Below, in pieces: positions 58,844 to 64,000 of a DNA stretch of 64,000 bases. Positions within the stretch are counted from its first letter, which is position 1. Each line of letters opens with the position of its first letter. The notes below the pieces were generated by a model. That model searched no databases and was not told the origin of the DNA. It saw only the letters and a list, made by a program, of their open reading frames with translations. The stretch covers positions 5,174 to 69,173 of the forward strand of contig JACPHV010000032.1 in the NCBI GenBank assembly GCA_016188385.1, given 5' to 3'. The position numbers and the translations under genes are program-made. The DNA comes from Candidatus Uhrbacteria bacterium (lineage in GTDB: Bacteria > Patescibacteriota > Patescibacteriia > JACQRZ01).

Positions 58844-59023
58844 TAGAGACCTCTGCAAAAGTCCATTTATGTATTTCTTCCGGCTCCTTTCCGCCCAATT
58901 TCGCCCCAATAAGATCCTAAACTTGTCGGAATACTCCAGTATTCCTTCGCGTTTATCATCCTTTTTGGAACGAAATTGAATCGGAAATGACCGGGAAGCT
59001 CTTTTTCAGAAGTCTCTATAGAC
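58844..59023. repeat. MITE-like element, full-length copy (forward orientation)
   Basis: GTATTTCTTCCGGCTCCTTTCCGCCCAATTTCG...GGAAATGACCGGGAAGCTCTTTTTCAGAAGTCTCTATAGAC. Near-identical to the reverse complement of 15909-16091. Confidence 0.75.
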
Positions 59024-59049
59024 AATTAATTCATCAACACTAGTATATT

Positions 59050-59367
59050 ATGAACGCCAAACAATTTATGAAAGGAGCAACGTTCGGAGCAGTGCTTGCT
59101 TCAGTCATGACACTATTGCTTGCCCCGCAGACAGGCAAACGTACCAGGAAGGAAGTTACGTCATTAATTACAACGCTTGCAAAACAGGTCCATGTACGGG
59201 CGGCGAAAGTAAAAAAATTATCGCAAAGCGCCTATAATGATGTAGTGCGGCAAGCGGTACAGGATTACGCAAAAAACAAAAAGGTTGCTGCCGGTTCGTA
59301 TGAAGACATCGTAAAAATCCTGCAAAGCAACTGGAAGGAAATTAAAAAAGCGCTCACCCATGAGTGA
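59050..59367 (+). CDS. YtxH-like (DUF948) membrane-associated protein
   Basis: The N-terminus FMKGATFGAVLASVMTLLLAPQTGKRTRKE matches the YtxH GAxxGxxxGxxxxLLxAPKSGKExR pattern. Confidence 0.65.
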   Translation: MNAKQFMKGATFGAVLASVMTLLLAPQTGKRTRKEVTSLITTLAKQVHVRAAKVKKLSQSAYNDVVRQAVQDYAKNKKVAAGSYEDIVKILQSNWKEIKKALTHE

Positions 59368-59374
59368 ATGAGGT

Positions 59375-59818
59375 ATGCCGTATCGAATAAGACAAGAAAA
59401 CGATGAATACATAGTCAGTAGTGAGGGTCTGAAGGATCGAGATGCTTTTGTCGATGCGGCTCGAGGGGCATTTTCTTTGATCTATGATATTGAATCTGCC
59501 AGAGGTACGGATGAACGTGTCAAGATTGTTGTGGAGGCTAAAAGCATCGAGGAGCTGCTCGCTCACTGGATTGCCGAACTCATTGAGCGGCAGATGATCC
59601 ATGAAATCGTATACGCGGACTTTTCGATTGTCTCAATCCAGAAGATCAGCGCGCATCAATATCTGCTGACAGGCGCTGCCCATGGCGAAGCATACGATCG
59701 AAAAAAACACGTCTTTTCAAGGCCGGGGATCGAAGTGAAGACAAAAGGCCTGTCTTGCGCTCCGAATGGCAAGAATCATTATCTTTGCGAATTTCGTATA
59801 AAAAAACTCGAGTCATAG
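59375..59818 (+). CDS. Archease-like (DUF101) small protein, tentative
   Basis: Size and loosely similar C-terminal pattern (GAAHGEAYDRKKHVFSRPGIEVK). Weak. Confidence 0.3.
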   Translation: MPYRIRQENDEYIVSSEGLKDRDAFVDAARGAFSLIYDIESARGTDERVKIVVEAKSIEELLAHWIAELIERQMIHEIVYADFSIVSIQKISAHQYLLTGAAHGEAYDRKKHVFSRPGIEVKTKGLSCAPNGKNHYLCEFRIKKLES

Positions 59819-61315
59819 ATGAAACATGAGCATTTGATACAGCGGACACTGGAGGTAATTCCAGCGCTATTGGTATGGATTACATTTATCTTAGCGATCG
59901 GATTATCATTTCTACGGCCCGTATGGGTCATGTATTTTATCATTATTTTCGACCTGTACTGGTTGTTCCGCGTACTTTATTTCATCATGTATCTTGCAGT
60001 CGCGTGGCGTCGATACAGACGTTCGCTTCGGCAGGACTGGTATTCTGATCTCAAAGCAACATTCCCCAATTGGCGGGATTACTACCATCTCGTGTTTTTG
60101 CCGATGTATCGCGAGCCGTATGAGATTGTTTCGTCAACCCTTGATGCGCTGCTTGGTTCCGAATATCCCAATGATCGGTTTATCGTAGTCCTCGCGGGAG
60201 AAGAGAGGGCTCATGACTATTTTTCAGAGATCGCAGAACGGGTACGAACGGCATATGGAAATTCATTTTATCGTTTACTGGTGACCGAGCATCCTTCGGA
60301 TCTGCCCGATGAGATTCCTGCGAAGGGAGCAAATATCAATTATGCCGGTCACCAGGTAAAGCGGCTGATCGATGATCTTGGCATCGATTACGATAAAGTA
60401 ATCGTTTCGACCTTCGATATTGATACGATTGCTCACCAACAGTACTTCGCATGCCTTACCTACGCGTATGTATCGTCCGACAAACCAACCCGCTCAAGTT
60501 ATCAACCTGTTGTTTTATATAATAATACAATATGGCAGGCGTCAGCTCCAATGCGGCTTGCTGCGTTCAGCACGACGTTTTGGCTGATGACCGAGTTAGT
60601 GAGACCGGACCGACTTTTTACTTTTTCATCGCATAGCATGAGTTTTCGAGCTCTTGTGGATGTCGGTTTTTGGCAAAAAGACATTGTCAGTGAGGATTCT
60701 CGAATTTTTTTTCAGGGCTTTTTCCGCTACAACGGAGATTACCGTGTCACGCCTCTTTATATCCCCGTATCTATGGATACGGTTGCCGGGAAAACCGCTT
60801 GGGATGGCTTGAAGAACCTATACAAACAGCAGAGACGTTGGGCATGGGGAGTCGAGCATTTTCCGTATCTTGTTCGAACTATGTCACGAAACAACCGAAT
60901 TTCTTTTCGAAAGAAATTAAAGCTGCTCTGGATACAGATTGAAGGGATGTATACGTGGGCGACAGCGCCCATTGTTATTTTCGTTTTGGGCCGTCTCCCG
61001 TTAGCGGTTGCTGATTCACACGTCCAACAAAGCGTGCTTGCGCAGAATACGCCGATACTTCTCGAGATCCTATTGAATTTGAGCATGCTTGGCATATTGG
61101 TCATCGGCAGCATGTCATTTTTTCTTTTGCCTCCACGAGGAGCACATGTTTCTCGAAAGCGCTATATCTCAATGTTTTTTCAATGGGCTTTGCTCCCGTT
61201 TAGTTTGATTTTTTTTAGCTCCTTGCCCGCGATCGACGCGCAGACACGACTGATGCTTGGAAAGCACCTTGGCTTCAGCGTCACGGAAAAAGTGAGAGGA
61301 ACCAACCGACCGTGA
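59819..61315 (+). CDS. Membrane-integrated processive family-2 glycosyltransferase (polysaccharide synthase-like; QxxRW)
   Basis: N-terminal TMs. Cytosolic GT-A domain with DxD-type FDIDT. Q(Q/R)xRW signature QQRRW. C-terminal TM bundle. Confidence 0.7.
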   Translation: MKHEHLIQRTLEVIPALLVWITFILAIGLSFLRPVWVMYFIIIFDLYWLFRVLYFIMYLAVAWRRYRRSLRQDWYSDLKATFPNWRDYYHLVFLPMYREPYEIVSSTLDALLGSEYPNDRFIVVLAGEERAHDYFSEIAERVRTAYGNSFYRLLVTEHPSDLPDEIPAKGANINYAGHQVKRLIDDLGIDYDKVIVSTFDIDTIAHQQYFACLTYAYVSSDKPTRSSYQPVVLYNNTIWQASAPMRLAAFSTTFWLMTELVRPDRLFTFSSHSMSFRALVDVGFWQKDIVSEDSRIFFQGFFRYNGDYRVTPLYIPVSMDTVAGKTAWDGLKNLYKQQRRWAWGVEHFPYLVRTMSRNNRISFRKKLKLLWIQIEGMYTWATAPIVIFVLGRLPLAVADSHVQQSVLAQNTPILLEILLNLSMLGILVIGSMSFFLLPPRGAHVSRKRYISMFFQWALLPFSLIFFSSLPAIDAQTRLMLGKHLGFSVTEKVRGTNRP

Positions 61316-61402
61316 TTTGCCAGAGCGGTTAGATTCGGTCAGAATACAGTTGAGACCTCTGTAAAAGCATAATCCTCTATTCAGAGGCCACAAACGACAT
61401 TC

Positions 61403-62401
61403 TTGCCTATGAGAGCCACAGTAACCATCAGTCTCGTCACATATAACAGCGCGGATCGAATCATTAATTGTCTGCGAAGCATACGATCCCAGACCTACTC
61501 GAATTGTAATCTGGTGGTGCTTGATAATGCCTCTTCGGATGATACCGCTGCAATCGTAGAGAAGCATGCGCCCGATGCTGAAGTCATCCGAGAAACCCGC
61601 AATACGGGCTTTGCCGCTGCGCATAACAGAATCATCGGGAGAGTAAGCAGTGATTACATCCTGGTGCTTAATGATGATTGTGCGCTTGAGCCTGACTATG
61701 TTGCCGCGCTCGTAGAACAGATGGAACAGTACCGAGACGCCGGTTCCGCGACTGGTGTATTGTATCGTATTGGATCCTTGACCGGCGGCTTTACTCGTGA
61801 TATTATTGATACCCTTGGTTTATGCATCAACCATTCATTTTATACGGGAAATATCGGATCAGGGGCACGTAAAAGTCTCGCTACGCGAGACCCGTTCATT
61901 GTGTTTGGAGTATCAGCGACAGCGGCATTGTATCGCAGAGAAGCGCTTGAGCAGTGCGCAAGTCTTTCCGGGGCAGATGCTAACGTAAAACAATATTTCG
62001 ACGAACAATTTTTTATCTATAAAGAAGATGCGGATCTCGCGGCTCGACTCTACCGATCGGGATGGAATGCGTATTGTGTTCCGAAGGCGGAAGGATACCA
62101 TGTGCGTTCCACGAAGTCGATGAGATTCAGCCGCAATGTTTCATGGATTAATCAGATATCGTATCGCAATCATCTGTGGTTCGTTTTCAAAAACATAGCG
62201 GCAGTTGATAGCATCCGCACCCATCTGACTGTGTGCGCCTATGAGGCGGTAAAAGTATTCTATCTTCTCATATGTGAGCCGCGCACTCTACGCGTACTGC
62301 CGGATTTTTTTAAGGGATTGCCGCTCATCATTAAAAAGCGAAAGAAAATTTTCTCAAGCGGGATTTCCTATCGAGCACTTCCGTTTTCCCGATGGATATA
62401 A
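61403..62401 (+). CDS. Family 2 glycosyltransferase
   Basis: ISLVTYNSADRIINCLRSIRSQTY...VVLDNASSDDT...GFAAAHNRII, a WbbL/rhamnosyltransferase-like GT2. Confidence 0.8.
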   Translation: MPMRATVTISLVTYNSADRIINCLRSIRSQTYSNCNLVVLDNASSDDTAAIVEKHAPDAEVIRETRNTGFAAAHNRIIGRVSSDYILVLNDDCALEPDYVAALVEQMEQYRDAGSATGVLYRIGSLTGGFTRDIIDTLGLCINHSFYTGNIGSGARKSLATRDPFIVFGVSATAALYRREALEQCASLSGADANVKQYFDEQFFIYKEDADLAARLYRSGWNAYCVPKAEGYHVRSTKSMRFSRNVSWINQISYRNHLWFVFKNIAAVDSIRTHLTVCAYEAVKVFYLLICEPRTLRVLPDFFKGLPLIIKKRKKIFSSGISYRALPFSRWI

Positions 62402-63213
62402 CAAGTATGATCGACTTATCAATTATCATCGTCAACTATAACGCGAGCGGATTAGTGCGTGAGTGCATAAAAGGTATCAAGCAATTGAATTCCAAGCTTA
62501 GCATTGAAATTCTTGTTGTCGATAACAGTCCGCGAGATGGGCTGCGCGATATGCTTATTGAACGGTTTCCCGATGCGCGATATATTCCGCAGAAGAGCAA
62601 TTGCGGTTTTGCGGCAGGAAACAATGCCGGTATCAGGCTTGCGCAAGGAAAATACGTGTTGCTTCTGAACTACGATATAACGCCTCTGGCGTATTCCATA
62701 GATTATCTATACGAATATCTTGAGAAGAACCCGAAGGTAGGTATGGTGGGGCCGCGGCTCATCAATCCGAATGGAACGATTCAGCAATCATTCTACCGCT
62801 TTCATTCATTATTGACTCCTCTCTATCGCAGACTCTGGATCGGAAGACTCGGTTTCGGAAGACGCCATCTTAATCGCTTTTTAATGGCGGATGCCGATAC
62901 ACAGGCGCCTTTTGATGTAGATTGGCTGTTGGGCGCCTGTCTCATGGTCCGCACTTCGTCAATCAAGTCGGTGGGCATGATGGATGAGAGATTTTTTCTT
63001 TATTTCGAAGATACTGATTGGTGTCGGCGGTTTTGGAAAGCCGGATTACCCGTGAGATATGTGCCGGAAGCGCGCATGGTTCATCTTCATCGGCGCGAGT
63101 CTGCGAAAGGGAACGGTATTCTCTCGCTCGCAAGAAAGACAACACGAATACATGTAGCAAGTTGGATGAAATATACTCTTAAGTGGCACACACATGGAAG
63201 ACGAGCTGTTTGA
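62392..63213 (+). CDS. Family 2 glycosyltransferase
   Basis: LSIIIVNYNASGLVRECIKGI...LVVDNSPRDG...GFAAGNNAGIR. Confidence 0.8.
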   Translation: MDITSMIDLSIIIVNYNASGLVRECIKGIKQLNSKLSIEILVVDNSPRDGLRDMLIERFPDARYIPQKSNCGFAAGNNAGIRLAQGKYVLLLNYDITPLAYSIDYLYEYLEKNPKVGMVGPRLINPNGTIQQSFYRFHSLLTPLYRRLWIGRLGFGRRHLNRFLMADADTQAPFDVDWLLGACLMVRTSSIKSVGMMDERFFLYFEDTDWCRRFWKAGLPVRYVPEARMVHLHRRESAKGNGILSLARKTTRIHVASWMKYTLKWHTHGRRAV

Positions 63214-63229
63214 TTCACGAAGCGGCATT

Positions 63230-64000
63230 ATGCGAGGAGTGCTTGTGATCATACTATTGATCGTGATTGCTGCAGGCGTGCTCTATGGATATCGAACATG
63301 GAAACGTTTTGGTCTTGTCAATAAGATGGTCATTGACGTTCAGACTCATCTAACGAACGCGTCGCAAGATTTTTTGCCAGAAAATTTTTTCAACGCAAAA
63401 ATGGAGCTTCAGTCAGCCGCAAAGATACTCGATGACACGCGAGACATACTCGCATCGATCTCGGTATTGGGCGCTGTGCCGTTTACCGAGGATCGCTATC
63501 ATATCGCAGTTCAATTCAGCGAAGCAGCACATTCTTACATTGATACAGGCATCCAACTCGCAGAGCTTGTCGAGCACATTTCGGAATCTGCAATCACGCA
63601 AGACGGAACCATTTCATTCGCCGAAGTGACACCGGCGCAACGGGCAATTATTCTTGAGCGCACAGTACAATCGATACCGGCGTTTAATGGCATTAGGGCA
63701 AAACTTGCTTTACTCGCCCGCCAGCTTTCTTCGATCAACGATGAATCACTTGATGAACCTTATCGATTGATGAAGTACGACCTGTTGAAAAAAAGCGGAT
63801 TTATCGAGTATTCACTGGGACAGATCATTCCTTTTTTGGAAGTAGTCCCTCGATTTTTAGGATATGCGGATGATAAGACATATCTTATACTCTTTCAAGA
63901 CGTACGCCGTGTACGCGGTACGGGCGGATTGATAACGCTTTATGGCATTATGCGCGTTAAGGACGGAAGCATATCAGACTTCAAAGTTTCGAACCCTGAT
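63230..64000 (+). CDS. DUF4012-like membrane protein, 3'-truncated by window end
   Basis: N-terminal TM (VLVIILLIVIAAGVLYGY). YLILFQDVRRVRGTGGLITLYG matches the DUF4012 hallmark (LLLFQNNAELRxTGGFIGSY). The ORF is open to the window end. Confidence 0.6.
   Translation, partial: MRGVLVIILLIVIAAGVLYGYRTWKRFGLVNKMVIDVQTHLTNASQDFLPENFFNAKMELQSAAKILDDTRDILASISVLGAVPFTEDRYHIAVQFSEAAHSYIDTGIQLAELVEHISESAITQDGTISFAEVTPAQRAIILERTVQSIPAFNGIRAKLALLARQLSSINDESLDEPYRLMKYDLLKKSGFIEYSLGQIIPFLEVVPRFLGYADDKTYLILFQDVRRVRGTGGLITLYGIMRVKDGSISDFKVSNPD

Overview
The window is a gene-dense, mostly plus-strand chromosomal segment of a small-genome bacterium. Short or minimal versions of housekeeping proteins (TsaB, HrcA, gamma-only DnaX, a motif-degenerate PriA), Gram-positive-type envelope genes and standard code use (TGA is a stop) fit a CPR/Patescibacteria-like or similar reduced genome; this is inference. 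The conserved backbone is the dcw cluster (mraZ-rsmH-ftsL-ftsI-murF), hrcA-grpE-dnaK-dnaJ with a CIRCE operator, clpB, priA, def, rarA, gnd, tmk, ribBA-ribD, dnaX, gpmI, pepA and two tRNAs (Glu-CUC, Gln-CUG). Several unusual items are overlaid on this backbone. (1) A family of at least 7 MITE-like inverted-repeat elements, 57-183 bp, with terminal inverted repeats ATGAGACTGTAG...CTACAGTCTCAT and internal motifs CTTCCGGCTCCTTTC and TGACCGGGAAGCT, lies in intergenic regions. (2) A 4-gene operon built around a VirD4/TraG-type coupling-protein-like ATPase is bracketed by two of these elements. (3) Two AT-rich compositional islands are present. Island 1 (1-3131) encodes a 709-aa Cys-rich membrane protein and two small membrane proteins, with a VWA protein immediately downstream. 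Island 2 (45.6-47.7 kb) encodes an AsnRS-type class II catalytic core without an anticodon-binding domain, plus thioredoxin and NUDIX. (4) A strongly conserved ~55-aa repeat module of unknown family is shared by a secreted tandem-repeat protein and the C-terminus of a secreted S8 subtilase, with a distant relative in a third secreted protein. (5) A recognisable sigma-70-type promoter is followed by three 10-bp-phased GTGGG MraZ boxes upstream of mraZ. (6) A probable frameshifted gene and a C-terminal exopolysaccharide locus (processive QxxRW GT2, two further GT2s, DUF4012) are also present. No CRISPR array or rRNA was seen.
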